Shown here: positions 29,524 to 39,597 of the stretch, piece by piece
Position numbering within the stretch: position 1 is the stretch's first letter
Layout: each line of letters starts with the position of its first letter
From: Foetidibacter luteolus
Lineage (GTDB): Bacteria > Bacteroidota > Bacteroidia > Chitinophagales > Chitinophagaceae
Direction of reading: 5' to 3'
Assembly: GCF_009650435.1 (NCBI RefSeq)
Contig: NZ_VVIP01000067.1
Span: forward strand, 118,016-182,015
DNA length: 64,000 nucleotides
The notes under the pieces: model-generated
Seen by the model: only the letters and a program-made list of their open reading frames with translations
The model's database searches: none
What the model was told of the DNA's origin: nothing
Translations under genes and position numbers: made by a program

Positions 29524-31962
29524 TTACTCACTTCTTAAACTCTTAACCGGGTTAACCAGTGCTGCTTTAATAGCCTGAAAGCTAACTGTTGCCACAGCAA
29601 TAACTATTGCCATCAAACCAGCCGATACAAACATCCACCAGCTTATGTTTACCTGGTAAGCAAAACCTGCCAGCCAACGGCTCATGGCATACCACGCAAG
29701 GGGGCAGGCAATAACAATGGCTATTAATACCAGCATTACAAACTCCCTGGAAAGCAGGGTTGTAATGCTGCCTACAGATGCACCCAACACTTTACGTATG
29801 CCTATTTCGCGGATGCGCTGTTCGGCAGAAAAAGCTGACAGCCCAAACAGGCCAAGGCAAGCTATAAGTATGGCTACAATTGTAAAGAAGCTTACGATGG
29901 TTGATGCCCGCCTGTCTTTCTCGTAATTTCTTTGAAAATCACTGTCAAGAAAAGAATATACGAATGGAGAACCGGCATTGATGGTATTCCAGGTTTGTTC
30001 TACTTCTTTCAGCAACCGGGTGTAATCACTGGTTGATGTATTGGCAATTACATAGCTATTGGCGTTACCAAAAAACCGGTTGAACCCAAATGGTTTTATG
30101 GAGTTATACAGGCTTTCGAAATTGAAATTCTTTACCACGCCGATGATTTGCATAAAGCCGTTAACATCTTTAAAATTGAAATAGATTTTTTTGCCCACCG
30201 CGTTATCAACAGTATACCCCAGTTCTTTAAGGGCCACTTCGTTAAGAACGATGGCATTTGAATCGGCAGTAAATTCTTTTGAAAAACCACGGCCGGCAAT
30301 CAGCTTAAAGCCTAAAGTTTCAAAGTAATCATGTTCAACATTAGCCAGGTGAACATCTACCACATCTTTGTTTGTTTTACCTTCTGCATAAAACAGCATG
30401 TCTTCCACATTAGGTATACCGGGATAGGTAGAACCGCTGGTGACTGTTTTAATAGCCGGGTTTTTCAACAGCTCATTTTTTAACGCTGCGTAATTCCTGG
30501 CTGCGTCCTGGCTTTGCAGCGGCAGTACCAGTTGCTTTGATTTATTAAAGCCCAGGTGTTGCTTTTCCACGTAATGCAGTTGGCGCACAATAACCATTAC
30601 ACCGAGTATAAGGCATACGGAAATTGTGAACTGGAATACTACCAACCCCTTGCGAATGGCTACTGCCGAAAAATGATTTAGCAACCGGCCCTTTAACACG
30701 GCAACCGGCTTAAAAGCTGACAGGTAAAATGCCGGGTACAGGCCTGACACAATACCCGAAACTATAGCAAGGCCAGCGATGGCAAGCCACATTGCCGGCT
30801 CATCAAACAAACCTATGCTTTTGCTGGTAACCGGGTTAAAATATGGCAACGACATTGACACAATCAACAACGACAAAGACAAAGCCATTAAACTCATCGT
30901 TACAGACTCGCCTAAAAACTGCAGCACCAGCGATTGCTTTTCTGCACCCAGCACCTTGCGGACCCCTACTTCTTTTGCTCTTTTCGAGGAACGGGCGGTG
31001 GACAGGTTCATGAAATTGATACAGGCAATCAGCAATACAAACAAGGCAATGCTGCCCATAATGTAGAGATAATTAATGCTGCCGTTGGCGGCTATTTCGT
31101 TATCTAAATCTGAGTGCAGGTAAATATCCTGTAAGGGTTGAAGGAATAATGATTTGGAAACGCCCAGTGCCTTCATATCCTGTCCGCCGCGGCGCTCAAT
31201 AAATGGCTGTAGCTTTTTGGCAAATGCATCCACATTTGCACCGGGCTTTAACTTCACATAAGTATGAAATATATTGTTGGTGGCCCAATTGGTTTGCCCG
31301 TCTACCCATGTGCCAATATCTCCATTGCGCATGGAAAGAAAGAAGTGGGCAGGAATATGTGATTTGATACCATCATCCTCAAACACCGCTTTTACGGTAT
31401 ACGTAAAATTTCCGTAGGGCATGCCTATTTCAACCGGCTTGCCAACAGGGTTTTCATTGCCGAACATTTTATGAGCCACACTGGCGGAAATAACCATGCT
31501 GTTGGGTGCATTAAGCGCCGTTAACGGGCTTCCATACCTGAACGTATAGGTGAACAAACGGAAGAAGGTAGAATCAACATAGTAACCATTGGTTTCGTAA
31601 AACTGTTTTTGTTCTTTGCCCTGTTTCCAGGTAAGCAGCATTTTCTCAAGCCCGGGAAATTTCAGCAGCCTGGTTACCTGTTCTACTTCGGGCATATCCT
31701 CTTTTAACCCCCAGGCAACAGGGCCGGCTGCAGCTGCCCAGGGCTGGCTTTTTACCGTACCCAATTGCGCAGCTTCTGAAGCTATACGGTATGTGCGGTC
31801 TGCACCCGCATGCTGCCTGTCGTAGCCCGATTCGCTGAATACATACAACATAATCAACATGCAGGTAGCAAGGCCAATGGCCAGGCCAAATATGTTGATA
31901 AAGGAAAATGCCTTGTTCCTGCCAAGGCTTCTCATTGTTATTTTTATAAAATTTCTCAACAT
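29524..31962 (-). CDS. MacB/FtsX-type ABC transporter permease, array member J
   Basis: MLRNFIKITMRSLGRNKAFSFINIFGLAIG...ALVNPVKSLRSE. Confidence 0.9.
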   Translation of the reverse strand: MLRNFIKITMRSLGRNKAFSFINIFGLAIGLATCMLIMLYVFSESGYDRQHAGADRTYRIASEAAQLGTVKSQPWAAAAGPVAWGLKEDMPEVEQVTRLLKFPGLEKMLLTWKQGKEQKQFYETNGYYVDSTFFRLFTYTFRYGSPLTALNAPNSMVISASVAHKMFGNENPVGKPVEIGMPYGNFTYTVKAVFEDDGIKSHIPAHFFLSMRNGDIGTWVDGQTNWATNNIFHTYVKLKPGANVDAFAKKLQPFIERRGGQDMKALGVSKSLFLQPLQDIYLHSDLDNEIAANGSINYLYIMGSIALFVLLIACINFMNLSTARSSKRAKEVGVRKVLGAEKQSLVLQFLGESVTMSLMALSLSLLIVSMSLPYFNPVTSKSIGLFDEPAMWLAIAGLAIVSGIVSGLYPAFYLSAFKPVAVLKGRLLNHFSAVAIRKGLVVFQFTISVCLILGVMVIVRQLHYVEKQHLGFNKSKQLVLPLQSQDAARNYAALKNELLKNPAIKTVTSGSTYPGIPNVEDMLFYAEGKTNKDVVDVHLANVEHDYFETLGFKLIAGRGFSKEFTADSNAIVLNEVALKELGYTVDNAVGKKIYFNFKDVNGFMQIIGVVKNFNFESLYNSIKPFGFNRFFGNANSYVIANTSTSDYTRLLKEVEQTWNTINAGSPFVYSFLDSDFQRNYEKDRRASTIVSFFTIVAILIACLGLFGLSAFSAEQRIREIGIRKVLGASVGSITTLLSREFVMLVLIAIVIACPLAWYAMSRWLAGFAYQVNISWWMFVSAGLMAIVIAVATVSFQAIKAALVNPVKSLRSE

Positions 31963-31974
31963 ATCATCAGTTTA

Positions 31975-32160
31975 CAGTTCGTTTGTTCAAGGTTCAATGT
32001 TGCTACGGAGCGGGGTTGCTGCACAGCGAATCCCACTGTACAAGAGTGCGATCCCGAATCGTTCCTCTCGGGACAGGCTACAGTAAAGCCTCATACTTGT
32101 TCCTGCTGCCGGGCTCATAAAAAAACACAAAGTCGGAAGACAAGAAGTCAATAAGTCAAA
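31975..32160 (+). repeat. F1 repeat copy (long form with an inserted CCCGAATCG..CGGGAC hairpin)
   Basis: GTTCGTTTGTTCAAGGTTCAATGTTGCTACGGAGCGGGGTTGCTGCACAGCGAATCCCACTGTACAAGAGTGCGATCCCGAATCGTTCCTCTCGGGACAGGC...CTGCCGGGCTCATAAAAAAACAC...AGTCAATAAGTCAAATAAATG. Confidence 0.7.
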
Positions 32161-32216
32161 TAAATGCTCCGCTTCACCCCTCTCCACTCCGTGGAGAGGG
32201 GCTGGGGGTGAGGGGC

Positions 32217-34643
32217 CTACTCGCTCCTTAAACTTTTTACAGGGTTTGCCAGTGCCGCCCTTATTGCACGGTAGCCCACCGTTATCCACGCTATTACCAG
32301 CGACGCCACCATGGCCAGCACAAAAATTCCTGCGCCGATGCTTATGCGGTATTCAAAATTCTGCAACCAGTTGTTCATAAAATACCAGGCCACAGGCACT
32401 GCTATAACAAAGGCAATGGTTATAAGAACGGTAAACTCTTTAGAGAACATAACAACAATGTTACCTACGCTGGCGCCCAGTACTTTTCTTATGCCTACCT
32501 CTTTTGTTTTTTGTACCGCCATAAACGAAACAAGGCCATACAAACCAAGGCAGGATATAAATACGGCAATACCTGCAAATATTTTATACAGCAGGGCAAG
32601 CTGTGTTTCCTGCCGGTAAAAACGTTCTATCGTTTCATCTACAAAATGGCTGGTAAAGGCATATTCCGGATAAGTTTTCTCCCAGAGTTTTTGTATGTCA
32701 GCCGTTGTTTTTGTAAGGTTATTGGTGCGCAGCTTAACCGCTATGGTATAATAAAAATCGTTGCGGCTGGCAATAGTAAGGGGCTTAATATCTTCCCGCA
32801 AAGAGTTGGTTTTAAAATCTTTTACCACGCCTACCACCGGCAGCCACAGGCCACCGCCAATACGAAGGTTTTTGCCAACAGCGTCGGCCGCTTTTTGCAG
32901 TTTTAATTTTCTTGCCAGCGTTTCATTAATTACAATTTCACGCAGGGTATCGCTGGGTACAATATCCCTGCCGGCAATTAACTGCAGGCCGTAGGTTTTA
33001 ATATAATCAGCATCGCCGTATTTATGAAACACGGCAAAGTCCTCGTCTTCCTTGTTGTTAAAGGCAAAGTTAGAAGCCCAGTTATTGTCTGATGAAGCTT
33101 CGTCGCTGGCAAAAGAAACGCTTACAACGTTAGGGTTTTGCAGCAGTTGCTGCTTCAGTGGTTTCATGCGGGCCTGGTTTATGCTATCGCTGTAGGCAGG
33201 CAATACCAATAATGCCTCTTTATTAAAACCCAAATCGGCATTGCGCACAAAGTTCATTTGGCCAACCGCCACTATGGTTCCTATAATCAACACCTGCGAT
33301 ATGGCAAACTGTGTAACCACCAGCACCCTGCGCAGCGATATGCCGCCCACGCTGGCCAGGTTTATTTTATTCTTTAATGCAAGCGCCGGCTTAAAGCCCG
33401 ATACAATTAACGCAGGATAAGTACCTGACAGCAGCGTAACCACTATTACAACAGCGGCTAAAAACAATACGCTGCCGGTGTTAAACAGCGATATACCTTC
33501 CGGTACGCTTGCCACATGGGTAAGGTAAGGCATGGCCAGTTTAGCAATGCCCATAGCCAGCACAAGAGAAAACAGTACTATCAAAAATGTTTCGCCCATT
33601 ACCTGCCCAACCAGTTGCCCGCGGCCGCTGCCCAATACTTTGCGTATGCCCACTTCTTTACCCCTGCCTGCCGCCTGTGCCGTGGATAAATTAATAAAAT
33701 TGATGGAAGCCATTACGATAATCAGGGCGCCTATTAAAGCCAATGTCCACAATACTGTTTTGCTGGTACTATGGTCTCCCAGGTTTTCGTAGCGGCCATC
33801 AAAATGCATGTCTTTTAACGGTTGCAACACCTGCATGCGCTTATTGCGCCCGTCATTATGATAATGTTTCTTTACAAAGCCAGCCATTTGTGCCTGCACG
33901 CTTGCCACGCTTACATTGGCGGGCAGCATTACATACACCTGGTGGTTACTGCTAAGGCTGCCCCATTCAGGGGAATAGTTGTAAGAATCGGGGTGTGCTT
34001 TTAAAGTTTCGTAAGCGGCAAACAGCTTTATCGGAAAATCAGAGTTCTTTGGCGTTTCTTCAATAATGCCGGTTATCTTAAGCAGTATGGTGTTATCAAG
34101 TTTAAGGTATTGGCCGGTAGCTGTTTTCCAATCGCCAAAGTATTTTATAGCGGTGGGTTTATCTATCACAGCGTTGCCTGGCTCACTCAGCGCTTTTGCG
34201 TTCCCCTCCAGCCACACAGCATTAAACATGTCAAAGTATGCAGGGTGGGTAAAGGCAAGCGTTGTTTCCTCTAAAAATTTCTTGCTTACCGCAACATCAC
34301 TGTTAGGGTTATTGCCCAGCACGGTAACCTGGTTGCCCGATGTGGCGGCCACTGCGGCTATTTTTTCAAACTGCGGAAAATCCATTTTCAGTGCATCGTA
34401 AGCTGGCGATGGTATGCCGGGGTTATGTCCTTCGCTGCCATCGTTGTTCTTTGTGTTGGTTACAACGCGGTAAATACGGTCGTAATTTTTTTGAAACCGG
34501 TCATAACTTAATTCAAACTTTACCACGGTAAAAATCAACAGCGAGGCGGCAATGCCTACGGCCAGGCCTGTAACGTTAATGGCGCTGTAAGCTTTATGCC
34601 TTAAAAGGTTTCTCCACGCAACTTTAAAATAGTTTTTAATCAT
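32217..34643 (-). CDS. MacB/FtsX-type ABC transporter permease, array member K (first in transcription order)
   Basis: MIKNYFKVAWRNLLRHKAYSAINVTGLAVG...ALANPVKSLRSE. Confidence 0.9.
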   Translation of the reverse strand: MIKNYFKVAWRNLLRHKAYSAINVTGLAVGIAASLLIFTVVKFELSYDRFQKNYDRIYRVVTNTKNNDGSEGHNPGIPSPAYDALKMDFPQFEKIAAVAATSGNQVTVLGNNPNSDVAVSKKFLEETTLAFTHPAYFDMFNAVWLEGNAKALSEPGNAVIDKPTAIKYFGDWKTATGQYLKLDNTILLKITGIIEETPKNSDFPIKLFAAYETLKAHPDSYNYSPEWGSLSSNHQVYVMLPANVSVASVQAQMAGFVKKHYHNDGRNKRMQVLQPLKDMHFDGRYENLGDHSTSKTVLWTLALIGALIIVMASINFINLSTAQAAGRGKEVGIRKVLGSGRGQLVGQVMGETFLIVLFSLVLAMGIAKLAMPYLTHVASVPEGISLFNTGSVLFLAAVVIVVTLLSGTYPALIVSGFKPALALKNKINLASVGGISLRRVLVVTQFAISQVLIIGTIVAVGQMNFVRNADLGFNKEALLVLPAYSDSINQARMKPLKQQLLQNPNVVSVSFASDEASSDNNWASNFAFNNKEDEDFAVFHKYGDADYIKTYGLQLIAGRDIVPSDTLREIVINETLARKLKLQKAADAVGKNLRIGGGLWLPVVGVVKDFKTNSLREDIKPLTIASRNDFYYTIAVKLRTNNLTKTTADIQKLWEKTYPEYAFTSHFVDETIERFYRQETQLALLYKIFAGIAVFISCLGLYGLVSFMAVQKTKEVGIRKVLGASVGNIVVMFSKEFTVLITIAFVIAVPVAWYFMNNWLQNFEYRISIGAGIFVLAMVASLVIAWITVGYRAIRAALANPVKSLRSE

Positions 34644-34854
34644 TTTGTTTGCTTTGGTTTTAGCCGGCGGTACCTAAAAAACAAACAAATGGTTCAACAG
34701 CTATGCCAACAGCCTAAGTGGTTAAAAACAAATACATTACGAGTATTAAAAACAAGCAACTGTACGAAAACGAACATATTTTGTACGCTGGCGCACAAAA
34801 AGCCGCGCCGGGTTTTTTATTGCTCCGCAATAAGGATTTCTTCTTTGGGTACGG

Positions 34855-34950
34855 ACTGCATTACTACTATGAGGCTTCCGTTGTGTCACTCACTTGTACG
34901 GCTGGTAATACTACTCAGCATTGCTCAGCAGGTTTACAATATGCTGCCGC
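34855..34950 (+). repeat. F3 repeat copy upstream of array member K
   Basis: TACTACTATGAGGCTTCCGTTGTGTCACTCACTTGTACGGCTGG. Confidence 0.6.
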
Positions 34951-35467
34951 TTAATTTCAGTACTGCTCCAATCATAACAAACCTGCTGTTAAGCCATAAC
35001 CCTGCGTATAGATTAATTGCCAGGTGCATAATTTGAAATTCTGTTGCAAAAAGCTGTCAATTAACCAGTTAGGCTACCATTCCAGGTACCCATTTGCAAC
35101 ATTGTTCCAAATATACGGCGCCACTTAAACCCGATATCTTCCGTTCACCACATCCATAATTACCGCCTATCATACATACTTTACCATTTGTGAAAGCGCA
35201 AGCCCCGCTGTTCCCACATTCCCATACGGTATACTTGTCCCGTTATATATCTTTACTCCATCAAATCAAACGGGAGGCAAGTTCTCCATCGAATATGAGC
35301 AACAAATATCTGGATTCTCTTTTTGCCAACTTCCGCCAGAGAGTTAAACCACCGGAAATCTCCATCCTGTAATCCTCCAGAGTAAAGATTCAACTACATT
35401 AACCATGTGTTGTCAACCGGAACCAGGTTTCGGAACTGACAGGTACTCCATTTAACCATTTGCGAAA

Positions 35468-35647
35468 ATGAAACCTATCATTATCGTGATTATGGCTGCC
35501 AGTGCTATTATGCCGGCTATGCGCCATACATCATCTAAGCCTGTAACCCACACTAAAAAAGTGCAGGACAGGCCTAAGCAACCAGAGAAAAAGAATGACA
35601 GCAATGTTCTTTTTCACGACGTGAACATGAGGCACCTTATCTTCTAA
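35468..35647 (+). CDS. Possible small protein (59 aa; hydrophobic N-terminal half, basic C-terminal half)
   Basis: ATG at 35468; MKPIIIVIMAASAIMPAMRHTSSKPVTHTKKVQDRPKQPEKKNDSNVLFHDVNMRHLIF. It falls just below the ORF-track length cutoff and has no homology support. Confidence 0.2.
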   Translation: MKPIIIVIMAASAIMPAMRHTSSKPVTHTKKVQDRPKQPEKKNDSNVLFHDVNMRHLIF

Positions 35648-35840
35648 AAATCCCTTCCGCAAATACAGAACAAACGGATGTGAACATAGGCACAACTATG
35701 TACTGGAAGAGGTATGCGCAAGAAGCTGCGGGTTAATAGCTACGAGCTGCGGGTAACAGAGGTGATATACACACTTCTGGTTGCTCACCACTCACTATTC
35801 ACCATTGACCATTCACCACTCACCAATAAAACCAACAACT

Positions 35841-36461
35841 ATGGCAAGTTTAGGAAAAAGGATCCTCTCTGCTTTTGTGGAAGTAACAGACGATGAACAA
35901 CCTGTTACAAAGCCGGAGGACGCACAACAGGTTTCCACAACAACAGGTACGGGCAGTCCTGCTTATGCGCCCAGGTCAAACGAAAAGTTCAGGGCCTATT
36001 TCGATAAGCTATTCAGCGAAGCGAATATACCGGGACCGGACTACTTCGAATTCTCAAAAATGACCGAAGCCATGCAAAGTATGCCTGATGAAAAAACCAG
36101 GTACACCGTGGCCTTTGCCGGCCTTAGTGTGCAGGGGCTCGACAGGCAGAAGCTATTGGCTACCGCGGCCCAGTACCTGCAGGTGCTGGACAATGACGCG
36201 GCCAATTTCGACTCAACAGTTGATGCCGCACTGCAGGAAAAAGTAATCTCCAAACAAAAAGAGATTGCAGCTAAACAGCAGCGCATCAACGATCTCACCA
36301 GGGAGATTAATGACCTGCACAACCAGGTTGCCGTATTGAACAATGAGATTAAGGAGAATGAGGAAAAGATTGAGAGCAATACCGGCGGCTATAAGGCAGA
36401 ACTGGAAATGATGAGGAATAGGATTTTGTACGATATAGAAAAGATTAAGCAACTGATATAG
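35841..36461 (+). CDS. Hypothetical cytoplasmic protein with a C-terminal coiled coil (206 aa)
   Basis: The ATG at 35841 (MASLGKRILSAFVEV) is more plausible than the ORF-track start at 35781. The C-terminal ~80 aa has heptad-like repeats: KQKEIAAKQQRINDLTREINDLHNQVAVLNNEIKENEEKIE. Confidence 0.6.
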   Translation: MASLGKRILSAFVEVTDDEQPVTKPEDAQQVSTTTGTGSPAYAPRSNEKFRAYFDKLFSEANIPGPDYFEFSKMTEAMQSMPDEKTRYTVAFAGLSVQGLDRQKLLATAAQYLQVLDNDAANFDSTVDAALQEKVISKQKEIAAKQQRINDLTREINDLHNQVAVLNNEIKENEEKIESNTGGYKAELEMMRNRILYDIEKIKQLI

Positions 36462-36551
36462 TAAAAAACGAAAAGTAAAAACAATCAATAACAAATGCTC
36501 ATCGTCTGGCTCCATTTGAGAGGGCGGGGGTGAGGTTTCAAACAACTTAAT

Positions 36552-37544
36552 ATGACAAACTTAATTCAGCAAACAAAAAAACCGGGCTGGTTTTCAGAGC
36601 CTAAAAACATTGCCACTGCTATCATTGCACTGTCTCTGTTTGCCGGCCTTACCTATGCCTTTGTAACATTCGTACTGCCTTTTCTTATTACTGTTACATG
36701 GAGCCTGGTAAACCTTATCATAGGCGGTGTGGTATTGGGCTTTATACTAATGCTTATTACCAACCGTAAATTCTGGAGGGCGATAAAATACTTTTCAGAG
36801 TTTATTGCCAACTACAGCATTGGCATTGCTATAGAGCTAAACCCATTCAACATTTTGCAGGCAAAGATTGAGCAGGGTTATGAAGACAGGAATACCTTAC
36901 TGAAACAGGCCGTAAAACTTAAAGGCAAACAAAGCGAACTGACAGATAAGCTTTCAGAAAAGGAAAAGGAACTGCAGCTTAACATTCAAAAAGTAAAAAT
37001 ACTGCAGCAGGAAAAGGGTAATAACAGGCAGGTTGATTTGTACGCCAACAATGTATTGCGTTGCAGGGAATATATTGATAATGTAACCCCCATTGTTGGC
37101 GACCTGAACAAGCTTATTTCCTTTGCCGATATGGCTTATGAAGAAAGCGGCATTATGCTGGAAGATGCCAAGCTTGACCTGGAGGCCAAAAAGGATTTAT
37201 ACTATTCTGTAACCACAGGGTTATCCGCGGTATCCAGCGCCATGAAAGCCTTTAAGGGCGATGATGAATTGAACCGTGATGCAGAACAGGCGTTGGCGAT
37301 TTTGAAAGTAAAAATAGGTGAGAAGATAGGCCACATTAAATCAGCCATAGATGTTACACAACGTTTTATGGATGACAAAGTGCTGGAGGATAAAGCCAAA
37401 TCTGCACAAGCCATTGAACTCATTAACAAATTTGACGTGCATACAGATTTCAACTACACCAACAATGCCCTGGACAAACACAAAGACAGCGGCAAGCTGA
37501 AGGGTGTAACCATCACCGATAAATACAGGGGCCTTCTTGATTAA
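36552..37544 (+). CDS. Hypothetical membrane protein with two N-terminal TM helices and a ~250 aa helical/coiled-coil cytoplasmic domain
   Basis: TM1 IATAIIALSLFAGLTYAFVTFVL and TM2 LVNLIIGGVVLGFILMLI, followed by charged helical segments: LQAKIEQGYEDRNTLLKQAVKLKGKQSELTDKLSEKEKELQ. Confidence 0.6.
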   Translation: MTNLIQQTKKPGWFSEPKNIATAIIALSLFAGLTYAFVTFVLPFLITVTWSLVNLIIGGVVLGFILMLITNRKFWRAIKYFSEFIANYSIGIAIELNPFNILQAKIEQGYEDRNTLLKQAVKLKGKQSELTDKLSEKEKELQLNIQKVKILQQEKGNNRQVDLYANNVLRCREYIDNVTPIVGDLNKLISFADMAYEESGIMLEDAKLDLEAKKDLYYSVTTGLSAVSSAMKAFKGDDELNRDAEQALAILKVKIGEKIGHIKSAIDVTQRFMDDKVLEDKAKSAQAIELINKFDVHTDFNYTNNALDKHKDSGKLKGVTITDKYRGLLD

Positions 37545-37554
37545 GCAAACTCCC

Positions 37555-37660
37555 GGAAACAAATAATGCTACGGAGCGCAATTGCTCAGTAAAGTTCTGA
37601 ACGTACAAGAGTGCGACGCAAGCAAAGCTGAACAGGGCCTCAACCGCCGGGCTCCAAAAT
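37555..37660 (+). repeat. F1 repeat copy (outside the array)
   Basis: AATGCTACGGAGCGCAATTGCTCAGTAAAGTTCTGAACGTACAAGAGTGCGACGCAAGCAAAGCTGAACAGGGCCTCAACCGCCGGGCTCCAAAATA. Confidence 0.65.
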
Positions 37661-37708
37661 ATTGCCCAAACTAAACAACATACATACAACAAGTAAAAAT
37701 TTACAACT

Positions 37709-39475
37709 ATGTCACTTAAATTAAAACCAGCAGGTAAAGTATTTATTATAGCAGCGGTAATTGCCGCAGGTATCCTTAGTGTAAGATGGTACCAGGCACG
37801 CCCTAAAGAAGCTGCACAGGCCGTTGAAGTAGGCAAGGTAACGCTGCCCGATGCGCCTGAAGCATCCTTAAACGCAAACGCGGTGCAGTTGCCTTTGCCA
37901 TCGGGCGAAAACGCTGTTAACGGCGGCACCAAAATTACGTGGGAACGCATGGCGTGGAACAGCCAGTTTTCCGGCATGTACGCCAATGGCGGCGTGCATA
38001 CAACAAAAGGCTCTTTGTTTGATAAAGCACAACTTGACGTTACCTACATACGCCAGGATGACTGCAACAAACAAATGGCCGACCTGGTAAAGTTTGCCAG
38101 CGATTACAAAAGCAATCCCGCTACGCCCGCCGTGCTTATCACTTTCATGGGCGATGGTATGCCGGCCTTTATGACTTCGTTATCCAAAGAACTGGAGCCA
38201 TTGGGTGCAGAGTACCAACCTGTCATTATACCTGTTACGCACGGTAAATCTTACGGCGAAGACCAGGTGATGGCCCCACCTTCCTGGAAGCAGGACCCAC
38301 ACAACGCTTTAGGTAAATGTGTGGCTGGTGTAATGCGTGACGGAGACATTAATATATTGCTGAAATGGGCTGGCGATAACGGCTTAAAAGTAAACCCCGA
38401 TGAAACCACCTATGATGCCAATGCAATTAACCTTATTGCTGCGAATGATTTTTTGGATGCACCCAATAAGTACATTACCGGCTACAGTGAAAAAAGAAAG
38501 ATTGTAGTGAATGGTAAAACCACCGGCACAGATACTACCGTTACCGTTGACGCAGTGGCTACCTGGACACCCGGTGACGTCAACATAGCTACCAAAAAAG
38601 GTGGCCTGGTTACCATTGCTAATACAAAACAGTATGCATCGCAAATGCCCAACCAAACCATCGCGATTAAAAAATGGGCCAACGATCACAGGACAGATAT
38701 AGAAAATATGATCATCGCTTTGGCGCAGGCTGGCGACCAGGTGCGCTCTTACAATGAAGCCAAAGCTTTTGCAGCTAAGGTTAGCGCCGATGTTTACCAG
38801 GAACAAACAGCAGAGTACTGGCTCAAGTATTACAATGGAGTAGAAGAAAAAGATATTCAGGGCATGAAAGTTAACCTTGGCGGCAGCACGGTATTTAACC
38901 TTGCAGACATGGCCAATACCTTCGGGCTTGGTGATGATAAGGTTGACCGTTACAAAGCTGTGTACAACACTTTTGGTAACCTGATGGTGAAAATGTATCC
39001 ATCTTTAATGCCTGGCTTTATGCCTTACGAAAAGGCTGTTGACAAAAGCTTTTTGTTCAGCGTTATCTCCAACCACCCGGAACTTTTGCAGGGCAAGGCC
39101 ATTGAAGCAAAGTACGCGGATGATATTACCAGCGAAGTGTCTTCCAGGTCTTACAGCATAGAATTTGAAACTGGCTCTGCCAACATTAAGCCAGCATCTT
39201 ACAGGTTGCTGGATGAAATCTTTGAATCTGCTGTGGTGGCGGAAGGCCTGAAGCTGGGTGTGTACGGCCATACTGACAATAGTGGCTCAGATGATGTGAA
39301 CATACCCCTGAGCGAGCAACGTGCAAATGCAGTTAAATCGTACCTGCTGAAAAAAGGTTTGAAAAGCCAGCGTATTGAAACAAAAGGTTATGGCTCAACA
39401 AAACCCATAGCGGATAACAATACAGCAGCCGGCAAAAGCAAAAACAGGCGTGTGGAAATTGTGCTGGGCGAGTAA
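37709..39475 (+). CDS. Membrane-anchored periplasmic substrate-binding-like protein (NitT/TauT or NrtA/SsuA-like, tentative) fused to a C-terminal OmpA-like peptidoglycan-binding domain
   Basis: N-terminal TM anchor VFIIAAVIAAGILSV, then a ~440 aa periplasmic domain. The C-terminal ~110 aa is a canonical OmpA_C region: GVYGHTDNSGSDDVNIPLSEQRANAVKSYLLKKG...NRRVEIVL. It is followed directly by a NitT/TauT-type permease and ATPase. Confidence 0.6.
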   Translation: MSLKLKPAGKVFIIAAVIAAGILSVRWYQARPKEAAQAVEVGKVTLPDAPEASLNANAVQLPLPSGENAVNGGTKITWERMAWNSQFSGMYANGGVHTTKGSLFDKAQLDVTYIRQDDCNKQMADLVKFASDYKSNPATPAVLITFMGDGMPAFMTSLSKELEPLGAEYQPVIIPVTHGKSYGEDQVMAPPSWKQDPHNALGKCVAGVMRDGDINILLKWAGDNGLKVNPDETTYDANAINLIAANDFLDAPNKYITGYSEKRKIVVNGKTTGTDTTVTVDAVATWTPGDVNIATKKGGLVTIANTKQYASQMPNQTIAIKKWANDHRTDIENMIIALAQAGDQVRSYNEAKAFAAKVSADVYQEQTAEYWLKYYNGVEEKDIQGMKVNLGGSTVFNLADMANTFGLGDDKVDRYKAVYNTFGNLMVKMYPSLMPGFMPYEKAVDKSFLFSVISNHPELLQGKAIEAKYADDITSEVSSRSYSIEFETGSANIKPASYRLLDEIFESAVVAEGLKLGVYGHTDNSGSDDVNIPLSEQRANAVKSYLLKKGLKSQRIETKGYGSTKPIADNNTAAGKSKNRRVEIVLGE

Positions 39476-39597
39476 TGTAGTGAGTGGTGGGTAGTGAATA
39501 ATGAGTGCCTGGGAATGTGAAAATGATAAGACATTTTATACAACCAGGCACTCACTTACCCGCAGCAATCATTTAATCATCAAAATCAGTATAATCA

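Noticed and set aside
5714-34643. Numerous 60-160 aa plus-strand ORFs inside the permease genes, many sharing ...DAPSTLRMPISL/ APTTLRMPTSFAR... peptides
   Set aside because: They are antisense reading frames through the conserved TARSxRRAKE(V/I)G(I/L)RK(V)LGA-encoding nucleotide block of each FtsX permease. The apparent conservation is an artefact of paralog nucleotide similarity, not evidence of antisense genes.
37513-37986. Minus-strand 157 aa ORF overlapping the 3' end of the coiled-coil membrane protein gene and the 5' end of the OmpA-fused SBP gene
   Set aside because: It spans an F1 repeat and two well-supported plus-strand CDSs. Its translation is Ala/Ser-rich low complexity, typical of a GC-skewed antisense frame.
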